The notes beneath the pieces were generated by a model that worked only from the letters and a program-made list of their open reading frames with translations, had not been told where the DNA came from and did not search any database. This document shows, in pieces, positions 1 to 13,431 of a stretch of DNA of 64,000 bases (position 1 is the stretch's first letter; every line of letters begins with the position of its first letter). The DNA lies in assembly GCF_006345805.1 (NCBI RefSeq), contig NC_043013.1:14384001-14448000 (forward strand), in the 5' to 3' direction. Source of the stretch: Octopus sinensis. Its lineage: Eukaryota. Made by a program: the position numbers and the translations under genes.

Positions 1-478
1 GGGAGCTGTAGTCCAAGCGGCTGAGGACGAATGTTTTCCATGGGACCATCAGTGTCGCCTTCCCTCTTGTTCTGAAAGTTCGGAGAATCCATCCAGCTAG
101 CCGTCTGCATTTTATCACCAGATTAGCAATATGCATTTGGAAAGATGCATCATTGCTCAAGTCAATGCCCAGGTCACGCACTGATTTTGACTCAGGGATT
201 GCAATTCTTCCTGGGCCAGTGTATCCAGTCTTCACGTCATTTACCTTTGTGTGCCAGTAGCGCAGGGCCTGGAACTTACCTGCATTAAACTGCATGTTGT
301 TGTCCTCAGCCCACCTGTATATTGTGTCCAGCTCATGTTGCAGATGCGCGTTATTTTCAGGGTTTTGTATTGCGTGGGAGACTTTTGTGTCATCTGCATA
401 GCTAGCAAGGGTGGTCATCGTAGCAACTGAAGGCATGTCTGAAAGGGCCACTATGAACATCAGTGGCCCCAAGACAGG
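1..478 (-). mobile_element. Decayed CR1/L2-group non-LTR retrotransposon, RT fragment
   Basis: Homologous to the 57058-57530 segment, whose minus strand encodes GVPQSTVLGP, the YADD region and LSRFDYCS. Truncated at the (TA)n tract. Confidence 0.75.
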
Positions 479-481
479 GAG

Positions 482-950
<469 letters not shown>

Positions 951-1189
951 AGGAAAAATTTTTTTTAAATGCAGAATGCTCAAATGAAAGAAAATTTTAA
1001 TAAAATGAGAAAATGATAAAATATATAATATATATATTTATTCAACCGGTTTTCGTCAATGTATGACTTGTCAAGAATATTTATGTTTTAAGAAGTTTTT
1101 TTTTAAAAATTAGAAAGGGGAAAAAGAAAATTGCAATGTTTTTTGTAAAAGAATAATGATAAAATGATAAAAGAATAATGATAAAAAAT

Positions 1190-1193
1190 AATG

Positions 1194-1254
<61 letters not shown>

Positions 1255-1261
1255 TATATAC
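1190..1261. repeat. (TA)n microsatellite
   Basis: Direct reading. Confidence 0.97.
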
Positions 1262-1610
1262 ATAAGGCTTGGACCACGTGCCATCCGTCCACAACAAAAA
1301 TCTAAATCGCATCACATAACGACAATACAGCACAACTATTTCACCTAATTGGACCTGCTCTCTTCAACATTACACCAGGGCACGTCAAAAAAAGAAACTG
1401 ACCACACAAAATTCAAAAAGTCTTTGGACAAATTCCTTAACAGTACCGGACAAACCACCCACACCCGGATATGTCTCCGCAAACAATAACTCTCTGCTCG
1501 AATGGGCCTTGGTGCCCAAATCCTGAACTGAAAGACTTCACCAGGTGTTGCTATTAAGTTAGACATGGCCTGGGCCAATACTGGCCAAAACCTTTCTAAG
1601 TTATTCTAAG
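1262..1610 (+). mobile_element. 3' end of a CR1/L2-group LINE
   Basis: Frameshifted translation GPALFN...FKKSLDKFL...PTPGYVSANNNSLLEW parallels the C-terminus of ORF 56572-56976 (GPQLFNSL...KMDLLLSRVPDKP...ASNS). Confidence 0.6.
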
Positions 1611-1611
1611 T

Positions 1612-1954
<343 letters not shown>

Positions 1955-2050
1955 ACCCATGCTAGCATGGAAAACGGACGCTAAATGATGATGATGATGA
2001 TGATACATATATATATATATATACATATATATACATATATATATATATAT

Positions 2051-2424
2051 AGGCCCCTGTCATTCATCGATGAGGTAGTCAGCAAGAGGGTGTCATAAAA
2101 CCAGTCTTTCTGTTCATTAGGGGGCCCCAGCTGAGAGGCATAGGCAGAGATAATGGTTGCTATCCCATGTTGCAGCACTAATCTAAGCATAAGTATTCAA
2201 TCACAGACTCTGACTACCTCGATTACCTTATCAACCCATTTCTCTGTATGAAGTTTACACACACTACTAACCCTATCACTGTTCTCTGCCAGAAAACCGT
2301 ATACAAATGTACTTTGCCTGTCAGGAACCTAGCAGAACTTCCTCCCCACATTACTTCTTGGATGCAGCACAAATATATATATATATATAATGTATATGTA
2401 TGTATATATGGATATATATATATG

Positions 2425-2501
<77 letters not shown>

Positions 2502-2875
2502 CATATATATATATCCATATATACATACATATACATTATATATATATATATATTTGTGCTGCATCCAAGAAGTAACGTGGGGAGGAAGTTCTGCTAGGTT
2601 CCTGACAGGCAAAGTACATTTGTATACGGTTTTCTGGCAGAGAACAGTGATAGGGTTAGTAGTGTGTGTAAACTTCATACAGAGAAATGGGTTGATAAGG
2701 TAATCGAGGTAGTCAGAGTCTGTGATTGAATACTGATGCTTAGATTAGTGCTGCAACATGGGATAGCAACCATTATCTCTGCCTATGCCTCTCAGCTGGG
2801 GCCCCCTAATGAACAGAAAGACTGGTTTTATGACACCCTCTTGCTGACTACCTCATCGATGAATGACAGGGGCCT
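2051..2875. repeat. 825-bp near-perfect palindrome centred at about 2463 on a TA tract
   Basis: 2051-2371 is the reverse complement of 2555-2875 with 2 mismatches found by eye. Mirror-image ORFs at 2223-2678(-) and 2248-2703(+). Interruptions in the TA core are also mirrored. Confidence 0.95.
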
Positions 2876-3625
2876 TCTCTTTGTGGCTGGCGACTTCAAG
2901 GGCATGCTGGACAACATGCTGGAAACTTCCGTGGCATATATAGAGGCTATGGCTTTGGTTTTCGCAATGAGGAAGGAACCAGGCTGGTGGAGTTCTGCGA
3001 TGCAAATGATCTTCTGGTTTGCAATACTAACCTCAGGAAAACTGCCAGTCACCTATTCAACTATCAATGTGGTGTACACACTAGTCAAACTGACTACATC
3101 CTCACCAGGAAATGGGAAAGATGGCTACTTATAAATGCCAAAATATTCCCAGGTGAAGTATGCTGTCACTAAGGTGAGGGTTGGCAACCAGTACAGTGAA
3201 GAATTCTGGGTAGAGGTAGGGGTCCACTAAGGATCAGTTCTCAGCCACCTCTTATTCATCATAGTCCTCCAGGCAATAACAGAGGAATTCAAGGCAGGAT
3301 GACCCTAGGAGCTTCTCTATGCTCAGTCTGTAGAAAATGCATAGGTAGAAGGTGTACCTGGTGTAAACTATGGACACATGAGAGGTGCAGCAATTTCAAA
3401 GAAAAGCTAACTGGGAAGATAGTTTTTGTGTATGGCAAATGCTCAAGGGCAATAAACACTGAAAATGTTCAGGAAACAGCTTCCATCAAGTCAGCAGCAG
3501 GGGTAGATGCTCTGAAGGTGTAGCTGCTAGAATATGAATAGCCTAGGCAAAGTTCAGAGAGCTCCTACCTCTGCAGGTGACAAAGGGCCTCTTGCTCAGA
3601 GTAAAAGGTAGACTGTATGACCTTT
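2553..3625 (+). mobile_element. Internally deleted RTE-like LINE (APE endonuclease fused to RT fragment)
   Basis: CCIQE, ISAYA, GDFKG, EFCDANDLLVCNT and QTDYIL, then a jump to the RT segment VRVGNQYSEEF...GSVLSHLLFIIVL...LLYA. Confidence 0.8.
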
Positions 3626-4029
3626 GGAGACATGCTGTACTTGAGAAGACCTGGCAAGCCAAGTGAGACTGTAACTGTCAACTATGCCAGTGTAGCATAA
3701 CATGCCCATGTAAGAGTACTCTTGATTTATTGGGCAATTAACTGCACTCGCAAAGACCTGTTGAGTCAAGTGAAGTCATCGTCATGGCCAATGACAGTAC
3801 CATCTGAATGGCTCCTGTGCCAGTGACCCATAAAAAGCTACATTCGAGCATGATTGCTGCCAGTCATGCCTGACTGGGTCCTGTGCTGGGGGCACATAAA
3901 AAGCACCATTCAAATATAGTTGATGCCAGGACTTGGTGCAGACTTCTGTCTTGCCAGTCCTCAGTCAAACCGTCCAACCCATGCCAGCATGAAACGTGGA
4001 CGTTTAACGTCGATGATAATGATGATGAT

Positions 4030-4041
4030 ATCTTTCTATCA

Positions 4042-4112
<71 letters not shown>

Positions 4113-4150
4113 CATCTATATATATGTATATATATATGTATGTATGTATG
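4030..4150. repeat. (CTAT)n / (TATG)n microsatellite
   Basis: Direct reading. Confidence 0.95.
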
Positions 4151-4167
4151 TATGTATATATATAATA

Positions 4168-4540
4168 GGAGCAGGCATGGTTGTGTGGTGATAAGATTGC
4201 TTCTCAAGCACATGGTTCCAGGTTGTCTCACCGCGTGGAAACTTGGGTAAGAGTGTTCTACTAAAGCCTTGTGAGTGGATTGGGAAAATGGAAACTGAAA
4301 GAAGCCCGTATATATATATTCTTTTACTTGCTTCAGTCATTTGACTGCAGCCATGCTGAAGCATCACCCTTAGTCAGCCAAATCTACCCTAGGACTTATT
4401 CTTTGTAAGTCTTGTACTTATTCTTTTGGTCGCTTTTGCCAAACCACTAAGTTACAGGGATGTAAATACACCAGCATCGTTTGTCAGTTGATGTTGGGGG
4501 AGACAAACACAGACACACAAACATATTTACACACACACAT
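4168..4540. mobile_element. SINE family A: head on + strand (4168-4310), tail module in reverse orientation (4320-4540)
   Basis: Head matches 18528-18672; tail is the reverse complement of 18715-18920. Confidence 0.7.
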
Positions 4541-5781
4541 ATATATAGTTGAAATTTACAGAAAAACAAAAGATGAAGACAGGTGTATAAACAACAAGCT
4601 GGTGTTTTAGTTTGACACTCAGGAAGGTGAGAAAGTCTTTATATTTTGAGCATATGCTCTTCAACAGAAAGGATCATGAGGAAATAAACAGAGAGAGAAT
4701 AAAAATAACTTTTGGAGTTAGCAGTCATATATATATAATATATATATATTATGAATTGCAAAATAGTGATTTTTCTCTAATTTATATATATATATATATA
4801 TATATATTTTTTACCCCTCCGCAAAAATTTTTATTTAATTCATTTTGCAGGAAAGACTGCTTCGGCCGGATCGTGTTCTGCCCTTACCTTCGAAACACGC
4901 ACTGAGTCGAAACAGGGGCAGCTGAAGAAGGGGAATGTTCCTTGCGTTGGTTGTCCTGTACTCTGTTTTTTCGTTGTTAAAAAAAGTCCGATTCCTTGTT
5001 TGGTTTTATGTTTTTGTTTCTTGTTGTGTTCTATGTTTATTTGTGGTGTCCTGTACTCATATATGCATGTATATATACATACAGATGGAGGTATGAACAT
5101 ATATGTATGTATGTATGCATGTGTTTTATTTATTAAATTGTTATTATATGATTGAACGCACACGTCGTTTTTCTTCTTCTTCTTCCAAGTAAGTTATTAT
5201 TTCAATAATTATGACCTGCAATCTTAACTCTTTACTTGACCTTTCCTCCCTGCCTGTCTGTCTTCCTCTCTACCTGTTTCTCTCCTTATTTTTCGCCCTT
5301 TCTGGGTTTTTTCCTCTCTCTCTCTCTCTCACTCCTCCTCCTCTCTCTCTCTCAATCCTCCTCCTCTCTCTCTCACTCCTCCCCTCTCTCTTTCTCTTTC
5401 TCTCTCACTCCTCCTCCTCTCTCTGGCCGCAGACTGGAGGGCTACCAACTTTCTTTCTACCCACTGCTTTCAACAAGTCAACATCAGCTTTCTTCTGTCT
5501 TACACAAGCCGATCTTCAACATGCATTCTGACAAATGATGTGAATGTGTTTAAGGCACTGTAACTTAGCAGCTTGGCAAAGGTGACCAATAACATAAGTT
5601 CCAGGCTTTAAAATAATAAAGCCTGGGTCAATTCACTAAACTAAAACATTTCAATGTAGTGCCACAGCATGGTCACAGTCAAATGACTGAAAAATATATA
5701 TATATATATATATACATATATATATCATGTTTTTGTATGTGTAAATATCCTATTTGACTGTGTTTTCTACTTATATTTCAG

Positions 5782-6027
5782 GTGTTAACAAAACGTTCTC
5801 TGTCAATTAGGTCAAAATTCAAGAAGTACATCCATAGTGCTTGGAACATTAACGATGTTATAACTATTGTATTGTTCATCCTTGGATACATTCTTCGATC
5901 GCTGGATGTGGCGGAGACTGCGAGAGTGATATTCTGTTTAAATTTGATCTCTTTTTACATCCGGTTTCTTCATATGTTCTCAATTGACAAAAATCTTGGA
6001 CCAAAACTTGTAATGATTAAGGAAATG
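5782..6027 (+). CDS. TRPM: TRPM-family channel exon: end of S2, S3, S4, S4-S5 linker (phase 0-0)
   Basis: tttcag acceptor and GTAAGT donor. Encodes VLTKRSL...WNINDV...ARVIFCLN...RFLHMFSIDKNLGPKLVMIKEM. Upstream exons were not found in the window. Confidence 0.95.
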
Positions 6028-9000
6028 GTAAGTTATGAGACTGAATTTTTTTCAGCTCAGTAAATCAGTTGTACCCTCTTCATCTGCAACCTGCATCTAT
6101 GACTCCCTCATTTCTCTTTCATGGTCCTCTCACTTACCTGATCCTGTCAAAGTATTAAGACCATGTTAACATGGAAAAAATGGTTATTACTTGATAATGC
6201 AGTCAAGAAAATAAACTATTATTTTCCAATTTTATTTGTGTACTCTTCTGTAACTTTACAGGTACTAGATAGTAATGAGAACAATGAACTGAGACACTAA
6301 AAGAAAAAATGATAATAACTGTATCGTGAGAAAGATAATTACAAAGACAAAACTAGTGAAGTGTTAGAGAAAGACACAATATTATTTTATGATTATTTTA
6401 ATAAATAAGTTTGGTTACACATGAACTCTATTCAAATTAATGTCAACATGGACTGGTTCATGTTGGTGAGAGGAAAAGACAATTCCCATCTTCTGCTGGT
6501 TTTTAATGTATTCCATCAACCCTCCTCCAAAATAGATGTTTTTTTTACACTTAATCTAGAAATTGTTCGTATTGGCTGCATTATTAAAATAATACTTTCC
6601 TGATTCTTTCTGATATATTTTGATAATGTGACTGAGAAGATATAAATTATAAACACATAAAACACAAATACTAAAACTTCCATGGTTCCTGTTTTGCACA
6701 GTAACTTTTGTTTTAAAGATGTTGGCCTTTTTTCTGTTTTTTTTTCCTTTTCTTAGTCTAATGTTGCCCTTGACAACATCAAATTTCCTAGAGGTTGTAT
6801 GTACTGCTGTTCTTTTTGGTAAATTCTATAACTTTAGGCTAAAATTTTGTACGGATTTAAACGATGGGGTGCCCAGAGCACTTCAAGTTCAGTGGACCTC
6901 TTATACACAAGGAAGCATCTAAGAAAATTACCATATTTAAACCTCAAAACCCATCTATTTCAAGTCATTGAATTTGATGAGTTAGTAGAGAAAGTCTAAA
7001 TAAATGACTAAAAGTGTCACTTTATAGATACACTTTCCAAAATTCAAATTTTGTTTTTCACACATCCACTTGCGGCAGTAGTTTTCCTTCATTGCAAAAA
7101 GTACAATTAAGGAGGGAAAAGGTGGGTAAGATGTTTTTCTTTTAACATAAGATACAAATGTTTCAGAATGTAGAATAAGATAAAATTACAGAAAATTATG
7201 AAAAAGAAAGAAAAATCATTTTCATAGTTGTTGCTTTTCCAAAGGCATGATGAATGGGTGTGTATGTGTGAGAGAGAGAGTGTGGTGGGGAGAAGACACC
7301 AACATTTAGAAGACAGATTTTTTTAAATTCTTTTAAAGTGACTTTTCTTCATTATTTTGCCATGTGTGGGGAAAAAAGGGAGCGAAATTCAAACAGCTAT
7401 TTCCTAAAGTCTGCTTTTTCAGTTGCCAGAAGAGGGTAGGTGGGGCACAATGAGTAATATTTACTGCACTTTTGACTTTGAAGAAAATATATTTTTTATA
7501 AATATTCACATAAAATAATTATTTGAGCTAAATAAAAACCTTCTTTAAATGCAGTACAGTTTATAACATATAGAACACTACCTCAGAAAATTATAACTTT
7601 TCTTTTTGAGTATACAGAAAACAAATTCAGGCGGGGCAAAATGAATAAGACAAGATAAGGTAAATTTGCCTGTAGAGTTGTCCAGAACTGCATTTGAAAA
7701 AAAAGTTATACACATAAGCATCCATCCTTAGACATCAAACAGATCAGAAATGCAACAAATTTGAAATATCTTGGACAAATGAAAGAGGATCATAGAAAAA
7801 TAGCACATGATATGAAATTAATGAAACTCAATGAAATCTAAAAATTCAACAAAAAATATTCTGTGTAGCTTTTTCAAAAATTATAGATATTTTTTGAGCA
7901 ACTTCAATTACAGTTGGGTCAAATTTGAGGAAAAATTTCTTGAAAATAAACACCTGTCACCTATGTTTGAAAGTTTCCACTTCAGCAACAATTATGTAAA
8001 CTATACTGACCAATTTTTATTCCCAACAACGTAACCTCTACCGACCAAATTTTATTCCCAAAGATTATGCAATGGTACAAAATGGGAAAAAGTAACAAGA
8101 AATCAGAAATTATTCATTTTGACTCAGTTCCCAATTTTGTCCCACTTCCATATAGTACTTCTAAGTGTTTGACAAAATGACAAAAAATATAGGAAAAAAT
8201 AAGTAAAAAAAAAGGGTTCAATTTAATGAAATACATTTGAATGTATATGCAATAATTCTAAAGTCAAAAAAGAATGCTTTTAGCTGTTGAAAGATCTAAT
8301 TTATAATATATACAATTAAAGCTAAATTCAAAATTAAAATTTTGTTACATATTTATTTACTTGTTTCATAAAATAGAACCAGTTTTCAATGCCTCACAGA
8401 AATAAGTTTAGAAGTAGAAATGTGTGTGTGTGTGCATGCACACATGTGCACTTTTAACTGCAAATGGTCAACCAAAGTTCATTTGCTCAGTCATGTGTCA
8501 AAAGAAGGAATTTGGCCTAGAGACAATAATTTCTTTCTATCAATCTCTTTATTTTTATATACATTCATACTTACACACTCACACACAAACACACATATAC
8601 TCACTGATACATATATACATACATACATACATACATACATACATACATACATACATACATACATACATACATACATACATAAATACATACATACATTTCT
8701 AGGAGTGTTCTGTTGTTTCCCTTTTCTTTGTTGTCTCAAAAGCAGCTTACAATTCCCCTGAGAATTACTTCAAGCCAAGTAAAATTGCAGTTGCTGCAGA
8801 TGCTGGTGTCATGCATATGGCACCCTTGCTAGTGGCATGTAAAAGCATCCATTACCCTCTTGGAGTGGTTGGTGTTAGGAAGAGCATCCAGTTGCAGAAA
8901 CCATGCCAAATCAGACTGGAGTTTGGTGCAGCCTTCTAGCTTGCTAGCTATGGTCAATTCATCCAACTCATACCAGCATAGACAATGGACACTGAATGAT

Positions 9001-9469
9001 AATGATGATGATTTATCATAAAAGAGAACCCATCAATTTTTTAAGAAGTCAAACTACCCTTGTATATTCAAACTGAGCCTCTTCATGCCTGAGTGTTACA
9101 TACCCTTCTTAGCAGGCAGATCCCAATATCTAACAGACGCCAAGGGCAGTTGCCCACTCTACCCCACTATAAATCCGGCCTTGACTGTGAGCAATCATTT
9201 TTTTCTTTTTACTTTTATGTTTTCATTATTTGTTCCTCAACATGTTTATTATTTTCACTTCAACGTGTATGCTGAACATTTTTCACTTGTATCATGTCTG
9301 TAATGCAATTTTCAAGCTACATACCACCAAAATACAAACACAATTTCCTGCTATACATACTGTGGCATTGAACTGTATATTTTAGTCATTACATGTCTCA
9401 GGGTCACTGCCTTTGATATCTTCATTTGCACAAGTTTATGCTGAATATATATATATATATATATATATC

Positions 9470-9896
9470 TTTACTAGTTTACTATTTTACTTGTTTCAGT
9501 CATCTGACTGCGTCCATGCTGGAGCACCGCCTTTAATCGAGCAACTCGACCCCAGGACTTATTCTTTTGTAAGCCCAGTACTTATTCTATAGGTCTCTTT
9601 TGCCGAACCACTAAGTAACGGGGACATAAACACACCAGCATCGGTTGTCAAGCAATGCTAGGGGGACAAACACAGACACACAAACACACATGCACACACA
9701 CTCATATATATATATATATATATACATATATACGATGGGCTTCTTTCAGTTTCCGTCTACCAAATCCACTCAAAAGTCTTTGGTCGGCCCGAGGCTATAG
9801 TAGAAGACACTTGCCCAAGGTGCCACGCAGTGGGACTGAACCCGGAACCATGTGGTTGGTAAACAAGCTACTTACCACACAGCCACTCCTGCACCT
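9470..9896 (-). mobile_element. SINE family A, complete (tRNA-like head, internal TA tract, tail)
   Basis: Reverse complement is collinear with 18085-18111 plus 18540-18920; A-box-like and B-box-like motifs (GTGGCTGTGTGG, GGTTCAGTCC). Confidence 0.8.
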
Positions 9897-11429
9897 ATCT
9901 TTACCCATACTATTCCCTCTTCTCTCCCAAATTATCGCCCTGATTTTCTATATTTAATTTCTTGCATGATACCAGAGTAAATAATGTGAGTCTGTGTGTG
10001 TGTGTGTTTGGATGTATATACTGCCATCATCTTCCTCATCATTATCTTCATCATCATCATCATTACCTTTAATGTTTCAATGTCCACTCTGCCATGCTTG
10101 CATGTCTTACACAGAATTCATGGAAGCATATTTCCTACAGGATGATTCTTTTCCTGTCACCAACCCTTATCTGTTTTCATTACATATTTTCAGATAAGAC
10201 ACACACACATACACACAAGCTTCTTTCAGTTTCCATTCACACATAGTTTTAGTTTTATTTTCCAAGAGTAGGAAATGCTAACTCAGCTTGAATCGTCACA
10301 ATTAGTAACCAGGGGTAAATTATGTTGAAAGCTGGAAATTGATATTGAAGAATTATCTATACATTACCAAGAATGAAATAATTTGAAAATGAGATTCAGA
10401 TGTGTCTCTGGAAGTAATGGAAGTAAAAATGTGATGTGTCAAATGACTGCTGTTTATGAGTTCAGATTATCGGTAACTATCAATGTAGTAATAAACCAGC
10501 CATATCCAGCCCAAATATTCTACTTCTTTTATATTCAAACAAGCCAGATCTGGCTTTTCACACCTACTCAACAATGTGATTCTAGAAATAAACAATTATA
10601 TCATCAAAATTTTGAAGCTAGGAGATAATGCATGATTATTTCAAAACAATGTCACTAAATAAGCATTAAATTTGCCAAATTAATCTGACTGCTAAAGGAT
10701 TAAGAGTAAGATATCTGGTGAGCAGTAAATAAAAGTTTACTAATCAGGTGGATGGGAAGCAGGGTTTGTTAACCTCTGGGACAATAGTTCAAAGACTTCA
10801 TAGAAACTGGAAAATGCAGTCAATTGTGCCATTTTATAACTAAATGCTTGTCTCTTTTATAAATCTGTTTATAAAATACTAAACTATTAGAAAGCCATAT
10901 TTCCATATTTTATCTAAAGAGATATTTCTTGAGATTTTATCGGTTATATATTATCAGACATGTATTTTCGCTACCTCAATCCTACACAGAGATTTTATTG
11001 TGACACTTTTAAAGCCAAATCATTCAGCACCATTTTAATTTATAAGCTGAGATGTGAAGTGAAAAACAAGGATGAGAGATTTTTAACATTTTTCTTAGCA
11101 GTTGCTATAGCAGCATTTGATATAGTATTTACTAAAGCAATTACAATATAAGAAAACTTCCAAAACAGATTTTTGCATACTTGTTCCAGAAGGGAAACAA
11201 TAAAAGTTTAGGAACATTCAGTTCAGCCACTAATTATCATAATTGTGGAGGTTCTCTCCATTACATCCACCACAGTAAAGAAAAAATCAAATATTAATTA
11301 AATCTCACTTTGAATAGAATATCTTTTAACTTCATAGCTTGTTATTTTGTAATGTTAAATGCATCAATTAATATTAACTTAACAAATAGTTAATTGTCTC
11401 TGCTTTACAACAAAATTATTTATCTTCAG

Positions 11430-11604
11430 ATGCGAGACCTTGGATATTTTGCCATGATTATGTTTATTTTCATGACTGCCTTTGGCATTGCTACCCAATC
11501 AATTCTCAATCCAAGTACACCGGCTTCATTTGACTTGTTTAAAGAAGTATTTAGAAAAGCATATTTTCTTATATATGCAGAATTTTTTCTTGAAGAATAT
11601 GACG
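11430..11604 (+). CDS. TRPM: TRPM-family channel exon: S5, pore helix, filter (phase 0-1)
   Basis: cttcag acceptor and GTAAAC donor. Encodes MRDLGYFAMIMFIFMTAFGIATQSILNP...AYFLIYAEFFLEEYD. Confidence 0.95.
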
Positions 11605-12149
11605 GTAAACAAATTTGATATATTTTTCAATTTCTGTTTGGGGAATTGGCAGAAACAATGGCTTACAAACATATTCTTGAGTTTCATTAGGAAAAGTAAT
11701 TTTCTAATTTCGTGGAATGTATTAGCAGAAATTGTAAATATAGTTTTAAAGAATATATTTTTACCCTCTAAATTCTCAGATGAAATCATGTCTGATTCAA
11801 CTTTGCTTTTATCCATCTATTATCAATACATTAAGTTCTTGTATTATTTAGGATTTGATTCAATCTAGACAAAATCCGCCCATGTGCTTTGAGAAAATAA
11901 ATTTTTATATTTTCTATTTTTGACAATATTTTGGATAACATGACCAATAACATCCAATTGTAATGCCTTTTACATGCTCCATTCAAGAAGAAATGTTTTG
12001 TTCTGTTACCTAATTGCAGTTGATACAAGAAAATGAAAAGGAATATGTCATTTGAAACTTTTGACTCCATATTTAATAAGTTATCATAATAATCATTATC
12101 ATCATCATCATCGATGATGATGATAACAATAATCATAGAAATATTCAAT

Positions 12150-12157
12150 AATAATGA

Positions 12158-12214
<57 letters not shown>
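12150..12214. repeat. (TAA)n microsatellite (tail of a minus-strand SINE)
   Basis: Direct reading. Confidence 0.95.
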
Positions 12215-12215
<1 letters not shown>

Positions 12216-13425
12216 CCTTTCTTTTATTGGCACAAGGCTTGAAATTTGAGAGGAGGGGGTTAGTCAATTACATTGACCCCAATGTCTCACTGATACCCAA
12301 TTTATCAATCCTGAAAGGATGAAAGGCAAAGTCAACCTCAACGGCATTTAAAGTCAGAACATAGCGATGGACAAAATACCATGATGCATTTTGTTCAGCG
12401 TGCTAATGATTCTGCCAGCATACCACTTTAATAACAATAACAATAATATCACTTCTGATCTTGACTGATTGGAAGTGTTATCATGTACATTGTTTTGTCT
12501 TGATATAAAAGATGGCCTACAGCAAATAATCTGCTCAATACAACAGACGTGCTTGTCAGTTGTTTGGCCATAACCAGTTGAGTATGTCCCTTAGTGGCTG
12601 GCAATATTGTGCATCTTTGATCATCAGCAGAAGTAGTGGGGGAGCATCATAGCCATGTGCTGAGAGGGATTCTTTGGGGTTTGGATAATTCCCCTCTGGA
12701 AACAAAGGTGTTTCATTCAACATCCTTGAACAACCCTTATTCAAGGACCTTCTAAGCAGGATGGGCTACTTGACTGGAAGAATATTCTACCTAGGCCCCA
12801 CCTGCAAGGTCATGCTCTGCTTAATTTAATATAAGATAACCATGTTGCGTGCATATGATTGTGATGCATGTGCCTGGTGTACCCTTATCAGACGGGGAGT
12901 CATGATGGATATACTGGGCTTCATATATTTTACCCCAGTATCACTTTGATGGCATGCACTGCTCTCTCACTCAATAATAATAATAATAATCCTTTCTATT
13001 ATAGGCAAAAGGCCTGGATTTTTTAGTGGGTGGGACAGTTGATCACATCGACTCCAGTACTCAACTAGTACCTAATTAATCAACCCTGGAAGGATGAAAG
13101 GCAAAGTTGACCTCAGAAGAATTTTAATCCAGAGCATGAACAAAATACTGCAAATCATTTTGTCCAACATGTTGATGATTCTGCCTGCTTACCATAGTAA
13201 TAGTAATGATAATAACAATAATCCTTTCTATTATAAGAACAAGGCCTGGACTTTGGGGGGAAGAGAACTAGTTGATTACATTGACCCCAGTGTTTCACTG
13301 GTACTTAATATATCGATCCCAAAGGGATAAAAGGCAAAGTTGACCTCAGTGGAATCTGAACCCAGATCACGAACAAAATTCCACAAAGCACTTTGCTCAG
13401 CATGGTAATGATTCTGCCAGCTTGC
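12214..13425 (-). mobile_element. Three same-orientation copies of SINE family B (about 12214-12426, 12991-13195, 13221-13425) plus an intervening repeat
   Basis: Each contains GATGAAAGGCAAAGT(C/T)(A/G)ACCTC or a close variant and ATTCTGCCAGC-like motifs, preceded by a (TAA)n linker; reverse complement of 30412-30647. Confidence 0.8.
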
Positions 13426-13431
13426 CATAAT

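Noticed and set aside
2223-2703. Two nearly identical 151-aa ORFs on opposite strands
   Set aside because: A by-product of the palindrome; antisense to LINE endonuclease sequence plus TA repeat.
4885-4965. CTGAAGA with a downstream hairpin and GTC (similar CTGATGA at 53434), as possible hammerheads
   Set aside because: No GAAA between stem II and the putative cleavage site. The upstream GAAA does not give a valid type II fold.
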